A stretch of DNA of 64,000 nt from an uncultured Chloroflexia bacterium (GTDB taxonomy: Bacteria > Chloroflexota > Limnocylindria > Limnocylindrales > CSP1-4): NCBI GenBank assembly GCA_963738475.1, contig CAVTWU010000017.1, positions 141,064-205,063 of the forward strand, given 5' to 3'. A program made the position numbers and the translations under genes. This document shows, piece by piece, positions 23,901-35,529 of the stretch. The notes under the pieces are model-generated. The model worked only from the letters and a program-made list of their open reading frames with translations, had not been told where the DNA came from and made no database searches. Numbering within the stretch: position 1 is the first letter of the stretch; every line of letters starts with the position of its first letter.

Positions 23901-25610
23901 GTCCCGACCTCGCCGACCATGAACACGCCGTACAGGCCGCGGTCCGGGATGGTGCCGCCGCTGGTGATGGCCACGACCCGGGCGTCGCGCCGGCCCTGGA
24001 CGACGTCGGTGATCCGGTCCCAGACGACGCGCGGCTTCAGTTCGGCGAACTCGTCGGAGGGATAGGCGCCGGCGAGCATCCCGAGCACGCCCTCCAGCAC
24101 GTCCCGGGTGAGCGTCTCGTACGGCGCGGCCCGGGTGATCGTCGCGAGCAGGTCGTCCACGGTCCAGGGATCCATGACCGTCATCGCGACGAGTTGCTGG
24201 GCGAGGACGTCGAGCGGGTTGCGCGGGATGAGGGTGGTCTCGATGGCGCCCTCGTGCATGCGTCTTGCGACCACGGCCGCCTCGAGCAGGTCGCCGCGGT
24301 ACTTCGGGAAGATGACGCCCTTGCTCGGGCGCGCCGACCTGGTGGCCGGCCCGGCCGACGCGCTGCAGGCCGCGGGCGACGCTGGTCGGGCTCTCGACCT
24401 GGATGACCAGGTCCACGGCGCCCATGTCGATGCCGAGCTCCAGCGAGCTGGTGGCGACGAGCGCCGGGAGGCGGCCGGCCTTGAGTTCCTCCTCGATGGC
24501 CAGGCGCTGCTCGCGGGCGATGCTGCCGTGGTGGGCCTTGACCAGTTCCTCGCCGGCGAGTTCGTTCAGGCGCTGGGCGAGTCGCTCGCTCAGGCGTCGG
24601 CTGTTGGTGAAGACGATCGTGCTGCGATGGGCGCGGATGAGCTCGAGGATGGCCGGATGGATCGACGGCCAGATGCTGGAGCGCGCCTCCGGACTCGTGG
24701 CCGGACCGCCTGGCTGCTGGTCCGGTGGCAGGATCTCGCCGATCGCGGCCATGTCGTCGACCGGGACGACGACCCGGAGTTCGAGCGGCTTGCGGGCGCC
24801 GGCATCGACGATCGCGACGTCGCGTCCGGGACCGACACCGGCCATGAACCCGGCGATCGCCTCGAGCGGCTTCTGCGTGGCGGACAGGCCGATCCGCTGC
24901 GGCGGCCGCGCGTCGGGCGGACGGAGCGCCTCGAGCCGTTCGAGCGAGAGGGCCAGGTGGGCGCCGCGCTTCGTGCCGGCGATGGCGTGGACCTCGTCGA
25001 TGATCACGTGGTCCACGTGGCGAAGCGTGTCGCGCGCCGCGCTCGTGAGCATGAGGTAGAGCGATTCGGGGGTCGTGATGAGGATGTCCGGCGGTCGGCG
25101 GGCGATCTGGCGGCGATCCTCCGCCGGGCGTGTCGCCGGTCCGCGACATGACGCTGATGTGCGGTGGTCGTTCGCCGAGGCGCTCCGCGGCCAGGCCGAT
25201 GCCCGGTCAGCGGCGCCCGCAGGTTCCGCTCGATGTCGTAGGTGAGCGCCTTCAGCGGCGAGATGTACAGGACGCGGACGTGCCCGGGCTCCGTGCGGGT
25301 GGGTGGCGGGCTGGGGTCGCGGGCCAGCCGGTCCAGGCACCACAGGAACGCGGCGAGGGTCTTGCCACTCCCCGTCGGGGCGTGGATGAGCGTGTGGCGT
25401 CCGGCGGAGATGGCCGCCCAGCCGCGGGCCTGCGCGTCCGTGGGGGCCTCGAAGCTCGTCGTGAACCAGGCACGGACCGCCGGCGAGAACGGCCCGAGCG
25501 GATCGACGGGTGGTTGGGCCTTGGGAGGCACGGCGATCGCGGCCACGGGACGGTGAGTATAGGGCGTCGTACCGATATCGACCATCCGTTCTGTTTGACT
25601 CCGGGAACGC
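20971..25610 (-). CDS. lhr: Large helicase-related protein Lhr (SF2 DEAD/DEAH-box helicase with Lhr C-terminal domains); about 1500 aa; frameshifted
   Basis: The N-terminus FSPAVRAWFTTSFEAPTDAQARGWAAISAGRHTLIHAPTGSGKTLAAFLWCLDRLA contains the Walker A motif. A long central stretch reads MVARRMHEGAIETTLIPRNPLDVLAQQLVAM...LLPRRRPGTRTPLWQQRQRAADLL...VETYRECLSDVFDLPALR. The C-terminus reads AVLRAMEEAGRIRRGYFVDGLG...LLGAGFTPGYRGLVLRASR. Confidence 0.85.
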
Positions 25611-25781
25611 AGCGCGGATCCAGCGATCGGCCCATCGACGGTCGATGACCTGGCTGGGCCACATGGCACGGCCCCGAGGGGCCGCTCGGCCGTAGGTGGT
25701 ACTTGCGTAGGGGGAGTTACATGACGTCAGTCGTGACGCCGGTCGAATCAGACGGGCGCGCAGGGAAGGGAAGGGATCGGC

Positions 25782-26535
25782 ATGGCAAGCAATCGGAACA
25801 TCGCAGGGGTGGTCGGAGCGATCGCCGCGGTCCTGCTGTTCTACCTCGTCAACCCGTGGGTCAACCCGGAGGCGGGCAGCACGATCAACCAGGTCGTGAC
25901 GGTCGGCTTCTGGATCTCGTTCCTCGTCCTGCTCGTGCTCCTGTTCCAGGAGCGCAAGCAGCCGGGCGGCGAGACCATCGACATCGAAGGGCCCGGCCTT
26001 CACCCGGTTCCTGTTCGGCAACTCGCAGGCCGGCCTGTTCTGGCTGCCGATCCGCCTGTTCCTCGGCTTCACGCTGGCTGGAGGCCGGCTACCACAAGTT
26101 CACCGGCGAGGGCTGGATCGACGGCGGCGCCGCCCTCGCTCGGCTACTGGGAGCACGCGGTCGCGATCCCGGAGGAGGGTCGCCCGGCGATCTCCTTCGA
26201 CTGGTATCGCGACGTTCATCCAGATGCTCATCGACAACGGCGCCGAGACCTGGATGGGCTGGGTCATCACGTTCGGTGAGATGGCCGTCGGCATCGGCCT
26301 GATCATCGGCCTCCTGACCGGCTTCGCCGCCTTCTTCGGAGCCTTCATGAACATGTCGTTCCTGCTGGCGGGCTCCGCCTCCACCAACCCGGTCCTCTTC
26401 ACGCTCGCCATCGGGCTGATGCTGGCCTGGAAGGTCGCCGGCTACTACGGCGTCGACCGCTACGTCCTCCCGATGCTCGGGACGCCGTGGCGACCGGGAG
26501 CCATCAACGGCAACGAGACACGCCCGGCCGCCTAG
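25782..26535 (+). CDS. DoxX-family integral membrane protein; frameshifted
   Basis: MASNRNIAGVVGAIAAVLLFYLV..., FLFGNSQAGLFWLPIRLFLGFT, WLEAGYHKFTGEGWIDGG and FGEMAVGIGLIIGLLTGFAAFFGAFMNMSFLLAGSASTNPVLFTLAIGLMLAWKVAGYYGVDRYVLP. Confidence 0.65.
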
Positions 26536-26654
26536 ACGGGCCCCACCGTCTCCCCAACGGCCGACACGGCCCGGGTCCCGCCAGGGGCCCGGGCCTTGCT
26601 TGCCCGGGTCGCTCGCCCGGGCGCTCGCCGGGCGTCGCCTGGCCGGACGACCCC

Positions 26655-27373
26655 TCAGCGGGGCGGCGGCCTGTCGCGGAAGCGGTCGCCACCGAGGGCC
26701 TGGGTCGCCTCGTCAGCAGCCCGCCGTTCGTCATCGGTCATGAGGTGGCGGCGATCGTGGCTCGAGTGGTGGGCGTAGGCCTCCAGGCGACCGTGCAGGC
26801 CGTCGAGCCGGGCCAGCTGCGCCTGCGCGATCGGCGCGAACGCGGCCGTGTCGCCTGCGGCGGCCCACCAGGCCGAGGAGATCGTCGAGGCAGAACGGAG
26901 CGATCGAGAGCCGCTCGGCCCAGGCCGGGTCCGTGGCTCGCTCCGCGAACCGGGCGAACGCCGTGTCCACCGAGCTCGCACCCTGGACGCACGCGATGCA
27001 GGGCGGACGCGTCCGAGCGGCCTTCAGCCCTGAGCGGAAGGACCGCCCGCGCGCACCCACGAGACTCCCGAGGCCGCTCGGTCCGCCGATCGAGGACGGC
27101 GGCGAGCAGCAGCGAGGCACCGAGCGTGCCGCCGCTCTCGCGCCGATCGGTCGCCACGAGTTCGGCGACATGGCGGCGACAGAAGCCTTCGGTCCGCTCG
27201 AGACCGGCCCGGAACCCGCGATCGAGCACGCGCTCGTTGATGATCGCGTCGAGGATGCCGCGCTCGGCACGGGCACGGACCGTGCACACGGGGCAGCCGC
27301 CGGCGCGCATCGCATCGAGCAGGCGGGTGTCGACGAGGTCGCGCGCGGACGGCTCGACCGGTCCGGTCGGCAC
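26655..27373 (-). CDS. Hypothetical Cys-rich protein with two CxxC...FC modules; family not recognised; frameshifted
   Basis: Module 1 reads GGCPVCTVRARAERGILDAIINERVLDRGFRAGLERTEGFCRRH. Module 2, in a different frame, reads PPCIACVQGASSVDTAFARFAERATDPAWAERLSIAPFCLDD. The C-terminus reads WWAAAGDTAAFAPIAQAQLARLDGLHGRLEAYAHHSSHDRRHLMTDDERRAADEATQALGG with a stop at 26655. Confidence 0.35.
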
Positions 27374-27402
27374 GGTCGGCTGGGCCGGCTCGTTGGCGGC
27401 GG

Positions 27403-27954
27403 TCAAGAAGCGGCCCCAGCTGACGGCCGAGTCGCGGTCAGCGCCTTCGGGTCGATGCTCCTGACCGTGGCACCGGCCGGCGCGACGACGAACCCGGCCG
27501 ACTCGAACAGCTGCCGTGCGATCGCCATGCGTTCCTGGTGCGACGCGGGTTCGACGGGGTCGCGTTCGGCCACGGTGATCTCGGCGCTGGTCGCGGAAGA
27601 CGCCCGAAGGAGGGCCGCGCCGAGGCCGGACCGTCGATCGGCTGGGGCGACGCCCAGGCCCAGCAGGGCTCCGTCGTCGGACACCACGGCGGCCCCGATG
27701 ACCGTCGACCCGACCACGGCGGCCGACACGGTGGCGCCGTCGGCCAAGGCGGCGGCCACCAGTGCGTGGGCGCGGCGCGGATCGGATGGCGCGAGCACGC
27801 GGTCCGCCAGCGTCAGCCGAGCCCACGTCGCCGCGTCCACCGCGTCGATGAGGGTCGGGCCGATGCCCGCCTGGCCCGAGCCGAAGCCGCAGCCGTGCTG
27901 CCCGCTGCCTGGGCCGATGGATCCGCCACGTCCCGATCGTCGAGCGGATCCCAC
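27403..27954 (-). CDS. GNAT-family N-acetyltransferase
   Basis: LLGLGVAPADRRSGLGAALLRA is an acetyl-CoA binding motif A-like sequence. The C-terminus reads AIARQLFESAGFVVAP. Confidence 0.55.
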   Translation of the reverse strand: MGSARRSGRGGSIGPGSGQHGCGFGSGQAGIGPTLIDAVDAATWARLTLADRVLAPSDPRRAHALVAAALADGATVSAAVVGSTVIGAAVVSDDGALLGLGVAPADRRSGLGAALLRASSATSAEITVAERDPVEPASHQERMAIARQLFESAGFVVAPAGATVRSIDPKALTATRPSAGAAS

Positions 27955-29115
27955 CAGCCGCGGTCACGCGCTTCGCGCAGCAGCCTTGGGACCAGCACCC
28001 GGCGAACGGCATCGACCATCTCGCGCGACATCGCCTCCGCCATGGTCTGGTTGCCGTCGACCGCCAGGCCGGCGTTCGGCGCGTCGACGAACGCCTCCGG
28101 GAGCGGTGCCTGGTGGTAGCGGGCGGCCTCGGCCGCCCAGCGGTCGCGCCAGGTCTCGGGCGTGCGATCCGGGACCGTCCCGGTGGGCCCCGGCCAGCCA
28201 GACGAGGCTCCACATCCGTGGCACGACTCGGTAGGCGTCGTAGCCACCGCCGCCCGTCGCCAGCCATCGGCCGGCGGCGTAGCGGTGCGCGATGTCGTCC
28301 ACGAGCCGGGCCGCTTCGCTCATCGCGGTCGTCGTCACGCGCAGGTGCGCGAGCGGATCCCAGGCGTGCGAATCGGCGCCGTGCTGGGACACGATCAGGT
28401 CCGGCCCGAACGCGGCGGCCAGCTCGGGGAGCAGCGTCCGGACGGCGTGCAGCCAGGGTTCGGCGCCGGTGAACGGCTCCAGCGGCACGTTCACCGCGGT
28501 CCCGGCAGCCGTCCCCTCCCCGATCTCGCCCGCATCGCCCGTGCCCGGGAACAGGTACCGCCCGGTCTCGTGGATCGAGACCGTCAGGACGCCGGGATCG
28601 GCCCAGTGGATGGCCTGGACGCCGTCGCCGTGGTGGACGTCGAGGTCCACGTACATGACCCGCAGGCCCTCGCGCCGGGCGCGGGCGATCGCGAGCGCCG
28701 GGTCGTCGTAGATGCAGAACCCGGACGCACGGTCCGGCATCGCGTGATGCAGGCCGCCGCCCGGATGGAAGGCATGCTCCTCGTCCCCGCGCAGGATGGC
28801 CTCGACAGCGCGGAGCGAGCCGCCGGCGACCATCGCCCCGGCCTCGTGCATCCCCGCGAACGGTGGGTCGTCGCCCGTGCCGATCCCGGCCGCGCCGGGT
28901 CCGAACGGATCGACCGAGAACCGACGGACGGTCTCGAGATAGGCCCGGGTGTGGCACCACAGGAGCTCGTCATCGGGGGCCGGTTCGGGCGCCAGGCCGG
29001 GCAACGCCCCCACCGAGGCAAGCAGGTCCATCGAGGGCCCGAAGCGTCGCGGCGTGAGCGGATGGTCCGGCCCGAAGTCGTAGTCGGTCGAGCGCGGGCC
29101 GTACACGAGCAGCAT
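27950..29115 (-). CDS. Histone-deacetylase-family enzyme (AcuC / acetylpolyamine amidohydrolase-like); frameshift near the C-terminus
   Basis: MLLVYGPRSTDYDFGPDHPLTPRRF, FHPGGGLHHAMPDRASGFCIYDDPALA, VMYVDLDVHHGDGVQAIHWADPGVLTVSIHE and GGGGYD. Confidence 0.7.
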
Positions 29116-29345
29116 GGTCGCCACGATAGGCGCTGAGCGCTCCGGGCGTGCGAGGTGCTGGTGGTGATGACTATCAGCGGCATCAGCGGGCTGTCTGCCG
29201 CTTCCTGCATGCGCACGGAACCCTGCGACCCCGGCCGTGATGCCGCCGATAAGCATCAGCCGGAAACCTTTGCTTCGGCGAGGTCGCCGGCCGCCACGCG
29301 ACGCCGCCCGCCATGTGCCAGTCTTCCGGGATGCGCGAGACCTCG

Positions 29346-30124
29346 GCCCCCGATGACCGGCCGCCTGCAGGACAAGGTCTGCCTCATCACCGGGGCCGGC
29401 TCCGGGATCGGCCGGGCGTCGGCCGGCTGTTCGCCGCCGAAGGCGCCTCGGTGGCCGTCGCCGACATCGACATCGACGGCGCCGGACGAGACCGTCCGCC
29501 TGATCGCGAGGCCGCGGCGACGCCGCGGCCTTCACCGTCGACGTCACCGACCCAGCCGACACCGAGGCCCTCGCGGCGGCCGTCCTCGCGCGGTTCGGCC
29601 GGATCGACGTCCTGTTCAACAACGCGGGGATCGCCGGCGTCGGCGTCCTGCACGAGACGTCGGTCGAGCTGTGGGACCGGGTCATGGCGGTCAACGTCCG
29701 AGGCGTCTTCCTCGTCGCCCGGGCCGTCCTGCCGTCCATGATCGCCGCCGGTCGCGGCTCGATCATCAACATGTCCTCGACGATCGCCGACATCGGCGTG
29801 GCCAACCGCGCCTCGTACACGGCGTCGAAGGGCGCGGTCCTGTCGCTGACCCGCCAGATGCAGGTCGATTACGCGCCCCACGGGATCCGGGTGAACGCCC
29901 TCCTGCCGGGCACGATCCACACGCCGTTCGTCGATCGCTATCTCGCCGAGGCCTACGACGACCCGGTCGCCGGCCTGGCGACGATCAAGCAGCGCCAGTT
30001 GATGGGCGAACTCGGCCGGCCGGAGGACGTCGCGGCCGCCGCGCTGTTCCTCGCCTCGGATGAGTCGGCGTTCGTCCTCGGATCCGGGCTGTTCGTGGAC
30101 GGCGGCGTCCGCGGCACGAAGTGA
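29346..30124 (+). CDS. Short-chain dehydrogenase/reductase (SDR); frameshifted
   Basis: MTGRLQDKVCLITGAGSGIGRA is the Rossmann TGxxxGxG motif. NMSSTIADIGVANRASYTASKGAVLSLTRQM has the catalytic YxxxK. The C-terminus reads ALFLASDESAFVLGSGLFVDGG. Confidence 0.75.
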
Positions 30125-30143
30125 AGGACACGATGAGGACCAC

Positions 30144-31026
30144 ATGCGACTCCTGAGCCACCGCGCCGACGACGGCGAACGCCTGGCCGTGGTCACCGCC
30201 ACCGACGACGTCATCGACGTCGCGGACCTCCTGGGCGAGCCCGGCTGGACGATGGCCCGCCTGCTTGCCGAGGGGCCGGCCACGCGTCGCCCGCATCCGG
30301 GCCGCCCTGGCCGCCGGCGGGTCCTGGCCGACCCGGCCACTCCCCGGCATCGTGCCGCTTCCCCCGGTCGGGCGACCCGGCAAGATCGTCGCCGTCGGCC
30401 GGAACTACGCGGACCACGCCGCCGAACAGGGCGTCGCCACCGCCGACGACCCGATCCTGTTCACGAAGTACGGCTCGTCGGTCGTCCCCGACGGCGCCGA
30501 CATCGTCTGGCGCGCCGCCGACACGCAGCAGGTCGACTACGAGGCGGAACTCGCCGTGATCATCGGCACGACGGCGCGCGACGTCCCGCAGGAGCGTGCC
30601 CTGGACCACGTCCTGGGCTATGCGTGCCTGAACGACGTCTCGGCGCGCGACCTCCAGTTCGGCGACGGGCAATGGGTCCGTGGCAAGAGCCTCGACACGT
30701 TCTGCCCGTTCGGGCCGTGGATCGTCACCGCCGACGAGATCCCGGATCCGCAGGCGTTGCGCATCCGCTGCCTCGTGAACGGCGAGGTCCTCCAGGACGC
30801 GAACACCTCGCAGATGCTCCACGGCGTCGCCGCCCTGATCGCGTTCTGCTCGCGGTTCTTCACCCTCGAGCCCGGGGACGTCATCGCGACCGGCACGCCG
30901 GCCGGCGTCGGCGTCTTCCGCAAGCCGCCGCGGTTCCTCGGCGACGGCGACGAGGTGGTCATCGACATCGAAGGCGTCGGCCAGCTTCGCAATCGCTGTC
31001 GGGTGACGCCGGACCGAGCGTCCTGA
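30144..31026 (+). CDS. Fumarylacetoacetate hydrolase (FAH) family protein
   Basis: GKIVAVGRNYADHAAEQG, VDYEAELAVIIG, KSLDTFCPFGPWIVT and LEPGDVIATGTPAGVG. Confidence 0.75.
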
Positions 31027-31029
31027 CGG

Positions 31030-31933
31030 TCACGCCCAGGCGGCCGCCTCATCGAGCCGATGGGCCCAGGCCCGGCGTCTCTCCGGATCGGCGGTCTCGA
31101 TGGCCGCGGCGACCGACTCCAGCAGCCGCACCAGCATCACCGCGCGGATCTCGGCGTCGGCCGCCTCGCCTGGCGGCACGCCGGCGGCGGCTCGGAGCGT
31201 CGGCCAGGCCGCGCGCCAGGCGTCCGGGTGGTGATGCCGGACGACCCACCCCCACCAGGCGACGTCCGCCATCGGCGAACCCAGGCGAGCATGCTCGAAG
31301 TCGACGAGGGCGAGGATCTCCCCGTCCGGACCGACGATGACGTTGACCGGCGCGAAGTCGCCATGGACGACGACCGGTCGCCATCGATCCGTCTCGGCCA
31401 GCCACGCGATGGCCGCCTCGAGGGCCACGATCGCCGCCGCCCCCAGGTCGAGCCCGCGCTTCACGAAGAAGCGCCGTCGCCGCGAGGGCGAGATCGCGAC
31501 TCCCGGCGGACGCGCCATCACTGGGGACGACCGACGCCGACACGAGCCGAAGTCGACCCGCCATGACACCCATCACCTCGGCCAGTCGGACCGCTCGATC
31601 CGGGTCGTCCAGCCAGGCCGCACCGGTCACGCCTTCGACCCAGGGCGTCACGAGGTACGTGGCGTCCGCGGCGTGGACCGTGCTGGCGATCGGGACCGGC
31701 AGTCCCGCCGCTGCGAGGCCCCGCATGACGTGTGCCGTTCGTTCGAGGTGGTCGCCGGCGACCGGACCCGATCCTCGGCGGACGGCGACCGAGCGTCCAT
31801 CCGCCAGGTCGAGCCGGTGGGTGGCCCCGGCGTCGCCCCATCCCACCGGCCGGCTCCCGACCGATCGCGAACCAAGGGCCTCGGCGACGACCTCCAGCTC
31901 GGCCGCGATGTCCGCCTCGAGCGTGTCCTCCAT
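31030..31933 (-). CDS. Aminoglycoside/choline-kinase-type phosphotransferase (APH family)
   Basis: A kinase-fold N-lobe is followed by LVDFEHARLGSPMADVAWWGW, matching the APH catalytic-loop and DFE motif region. Confidence 0.6.
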
Positions 31934-31970
31934 CGAGTCACCTTAGCCGACGCTTGGGCTACCATCCGCA

Positions 31971-32169
31971 CATGCCGACCGACCTGATCATCATCCTGAT
32001 CGTCATCCTGATCGTCGTCGTCGTGTGGCGCGGCCCCAAGACACTGCCCAAGCTGGGCGAGGCGCTCGGACGGGGCGTCAAGGAGGCCAAGGCCGGCGCC
32101 GCGGCGACCCAGGAGGAGATCCAGGCCCGGACGACCAGCTCCACCGACGAGACGGACCCGCCGGCCTGA
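31971..32169 (+). CDS. tatA: Twin-arginine translocase subunit TatA/E
   Basis: MPTDLIIILIVILIVVVVWRGPKTLPKLGEALGRGVKEAK is a TM helix followed by an amphipathic helix. Confidence 0.8.
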
Positions 32170-32176
32170 TCGCGCC

Positions 32177-32641
32177 ATGAGCGGACGGTTCGAAGGCGCG
32201 ATCACGACCCCGGACGAGGAGGAGCTCGATTCGTCCGCCCCGCCAAGCCCCGAGCGCCCGCCGCGTCCGATGCTCGTGGAACTCGCGTCGGCCATCCTCA
32301 TCGTCGGCAGCATCACCGCCCTCCTCGGCCTCGGCATCCAGCAACTGGTCGCACCGAACCTGCCGGCCGACGCCGGCCTCGGCGTCCTGCTGATCGCCGC
32401 CGTCGATCTCGCGGCCTTCGCGATCGGCCTCCTCATCCGGGCCGGCCGCTGGTGGCGGCTCTGCATCAACGTCGTCGCCATCGCCATGTTCCTGTACCTG
32501 ACCCGCTTCCCGAACCCGATCGCGGTCCTGTACCTGATCCTCGACACGGTCGTCTTCTTCGCGCTGATGCGACACCGCGCCTGGTTCGACTGGGATCCGT
32601 CGCAGGCGTCCGACCCGGCGCCGACGTCCGACCCGACGTGA
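32177..32641 (+). CDS. Hypothetical membrane protein (3-4 TM helices), intact
   Basis: This 154-aa ORF has hydrophobic helices ILIVGSITALLGLGIQQLV, VLLIAAVDLAAFAIGLLI and INVVAIAMFLYL. Confidence 0.45.
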   Translation: MSGRFEGAITTPDEEELDSSAPPSPERPPRPMLVELASAILIVGSITALLGLGIQQLVAPNLPADAGLGVLLIAAVDLAAFAIGLLIRAGRWWRLCINVVAIAMFLYLTRFPNPIAVLYLILDTVVFFALMRHRAWFDWDPSQASDPAPTSDPT

Positions 32642-32651
32642 CCGCGCCGTC

Positions 32652-33254
32652 GTGACCCAGGACGAGCTGGCCGCCCTCACCCACCGTCCCGGGCCGGGCT
32701 CGCACGCGGTGACCCTCGAGGTCGACGGCGTCCCGACCGAGACGCTCGCCGACCTGCCGCCGCTGCGCGATCGCCTGCTGTTCGTCGGGCTGAACCCCTC
32801 GCCGGTCAGCGTCGAGGCCGGCCACTACCACCAGGGTCGCCTCGGGCGCACGTTCTGGCGCCGGCTGATGCTCGCCGGGATCCTGCCGCCGGCCACGCCG
32901 GTCGAGACCGCGGACGACGCGCTGCTGGCCGAGGGTCACGGCATCACCGACCTCAGCAAGGCCGTGTCCGCGCGCGACGAAGCCACGGACCGGGCCTTGA
33001 CGGCGGGCGTGGGGCCGCTCTGGCAGAAGATCGCGATCTGGCGACCCGCGGCCATCGTCTTCATCTACAAGCGCGCCGCGGCCATCGCGGCCGGCCGCGA
33101 GCTCACGGAGCCGTGGGGCCATCTCGAAGGCGTGGCCCTGGCCGGCCGGCCGTGCGTCCTGATGCCCGGGCCATACGCGACCACCGAACAGGTCGACGAG
33201 GGCGTCAACCTCCTGCGCAACCTGGCGTCGTCGCTGCCGGTCGACCGGGCCTAG
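32652..33254 (+). CDS. mug: G/U mismatch-specific uracil-DNA glycosylase (Mug/TDG, UDG family 2)
   Basis: LLFVGLNPSPVSVEAGHYHQGRLGRTFWRRLMLAGIL matches the GxNPG/S...N.FW motif. Confidence 0.65.
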   Translation: MTQDELAALTHRPGPGSHAVTLEVDGVPTETLADLPPLRDRLLFVGLNPSPVSVEAGHYHQGRLGRTFWRRLMLAGILPPATPVETADDALLAEGHGITDLSKAVSARDEATDRALTAGVGPLWQKIAIWRPAAIVFIYKRAAAIAAGRELTEPWGHLEGVALAGRPCVLMPGPYATTEQVDEGVNLLRNLASSLPVDRA

Positions 33255-34215
33255 GCGGTCCGCGGCTCGGCGCTCGTCGTCGGCGTCGGCCGCGTCGCGC
33301 GATCCTCATCCGCCCAGACGACACGTTCGAGGGACGGCAGTCCGAGGACGAAGCCGGCCAGCAGCGCCAGGTGGCCGATGGCGTACATCGTCTGGCGGAT
33401 GTAGACGAGCACCGTGTTGAGGCTCTCGTTGGAGACCGCCACGAACGTGCTCCACGCGACGATCGCGAAGGTCGCGACGATCAGGCAGGTGCCCGCGGCG
33501 GCCAGGTACCAGGCCAGTTCCGGCTCCTCCCCGGAGATCGCGCAGCGGGTCAGGACGCGCGCCAGGTACGACCAGGCGAGGATCGTCAGGATCCCGATGA
33601 CGATGATCGAGCCGATGTAGATCCACACATCGGTCGTCAGGGTCGGGTCCGCCAGGTCGACGCCGGTGAGCGTCCAGAGCCGCCCGGCGATCGCGACGAT
33701 GGCGGTCACGACGATGACCCAGCCGGCCTGGATCGCCCGGCGCGTGAAGGCGTAGTTGCGGGCCTTGGCCAGACCGAGGCCCATGTACAGCAGCCCGAAC
33801 AGGCCGATGAGCGACACGAAGGACGTGTAGACCAGGGCCGATGGCACGAACCACTCGAGGGCCTCGGGCGCCGGCGTCAGGCTCGTTGAACGTCGCCTGG
33901 AGCGAGCCCTCGATCGCGCGGAAGAACGTGACGGAGGCGAAGACCAGGGTCCCGAACAGCAGGGTCCTGGCGCGGCTGCCGGCATCGGGATGACGGAGGA
34001 GCAGCGCGCCCGGGATGAGGACGGCGCAGACCGGCGGGATGACCGACAGGATGAACGAGAAGATCGCCTCCGCGTCCCAGGACGTCGTGGCGACGGCTTC
34101 GAGGAACGACACCCAGAAGGCGACGACGCCCAGCACGACGAAGAGCCATCCGAAGACCTTGGCCGGGACGCGGGGGCGTCGCGACCGTGCGTGACTGGGC
34201 GGTTCGTCCACGTGC
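33251..34215 (-). CDS. Hypothetical polytopic membrane protein
   Basis: FGWLFVVLGVVAFWVSFLEAV, LVYTSFVSLIGLFGLLYMGLGL, VIVVTAIVAIAGRLW and VWIYIGSIIVIGILTILAWSYL. Confidence 0.4.
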
Positions 34216-34259
34216 GGACTGTCGGGCCGGGAGCGCGCCACGTCAAGCCGCGCCGTCGG

Positions 34260-35522
34260 TCGGGTGAGCGCCGAGCCATCTGCGCCTCGGGGCGCAGCGC
34301 CGTCACGCCGGGCGCGCGAGGCCGCCAGCGCGACCGCGTCGATCGGGCCCGGGATGGACCGCGCGCCCGTGCCGCCGTCCAGGTCGCCGGCGATCACCGC
34401 CGCGTCGCCGACCGCGAAGGCGAGGTGCTCCGGCGGCCGGGCCGGGCGCATGGATGGCCTGCATCGGGACGTCGCCGTAGGCCAGCCAGCCAGGTCGTCG
34501 AGGTCGGCGAGCTCCTGGACCTCGAACGGCAGCGGACGCCCGGCGCCCGGCCCGCCGAGGATCGGGATCGCGAGCATCTCGGCCAGGCCCTCGGCGCCGG
34601 CCGCGTGATCCGGGGCGACCTGGGTCAGGGCGATGGCCTCGATGGCGCCGCCACGCTCGGCGGCGATCGCCATCGCCAGTTCCAGGCCGGGACCGGTCGG
34701 GTCGCCCGGGTCGACCAGCACGAACCGGCGGCGCCCGACGAGGTACGACGCGATCGGCTGGCCCGCGACGCCGCCGCCGGCCGGCATGACGATGCGCGTC
34801 ACCTCGGGCGACAGGACGGTCGCGACGGGTTCGCCGAGCCGCCCGGGCGCCAGGCGCTCGCGGATCTCGGCGACGGACCCGGCGTGCTCGAGTTGCTGGA
34901 GGGTGCCGCTCGTCGGGATCCACATCGCGAGGGCGTCGTCGGCCATGGCGGCGAGCGCGGCCGCAGGCGTCATCCAGGCGTGTCCGGCGACCTCGTCGCC
35001 CTCGAAGCTCACGCGCGCGCCGGCCGGCAGCTCCGCCGCGAAGAAGCGCGCATCGAACCGGCGCGGCAGGATCGGCGGGGTGACCCAGCGCGAGAGCGGG
35101 ACGAGCCGGTCCGTCCGGAGCGTGAGGTCCAGGTCCGTCGCGATCGAAGCGAACGTCGCCTCGCCACCGACGAGCGCGGATCGAGCCTGTGAGACGGCCC
35201 GGGCGACGCCGCCGTCCGCGAGCAGGACCCCGGACTCCTCGAAGACCTCGCGGATGGCCGCGATGTAGGCCGCGATCGCGAGGTCCGGCGACAGGTCACC
35301 GCCCAGGCCGGCGGCCGCGTCCGTCGGCGTCACCACGGACCGGGCGACGAGGGCGGGATCGGCATCGCCGGCGTCCACGCGACCACCCGGGAAGACGTGC
35401 ATGTCCGGGGCGAACGCCATCGATGACGGGCGCCGCGTCAGCAGCACCTCGAGACCGGCACGGCCGGGACGGAGCAGGACGACCGTCGCGGCCAGCCGCG
35501 GCTCCACCCCCGCGTGGGTCAT
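34260..35522 (-). CDS. NUDIX hydrolase fused to a metallo-beta-lactamase-fold domain
   Basis: LLTRRPSSMAFAPDMHVFPGGRVD...REVFEESG is the Nudix box. VLVDPGDPTGPGLELAMAIAAERGGAIEAIALTQVAPDHAAG is the MBL region. Confidence 0.6.
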
Positions 35523-35529
35523 GGTCGCG

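Noticed and set aside
26933-28234. A 433-aa plus-strand ORF across the GNAT and HDAC genes
   Set aside because: It is antisense to two recognisable minus-strand genes and contains no motifs. It is a GC artefact.
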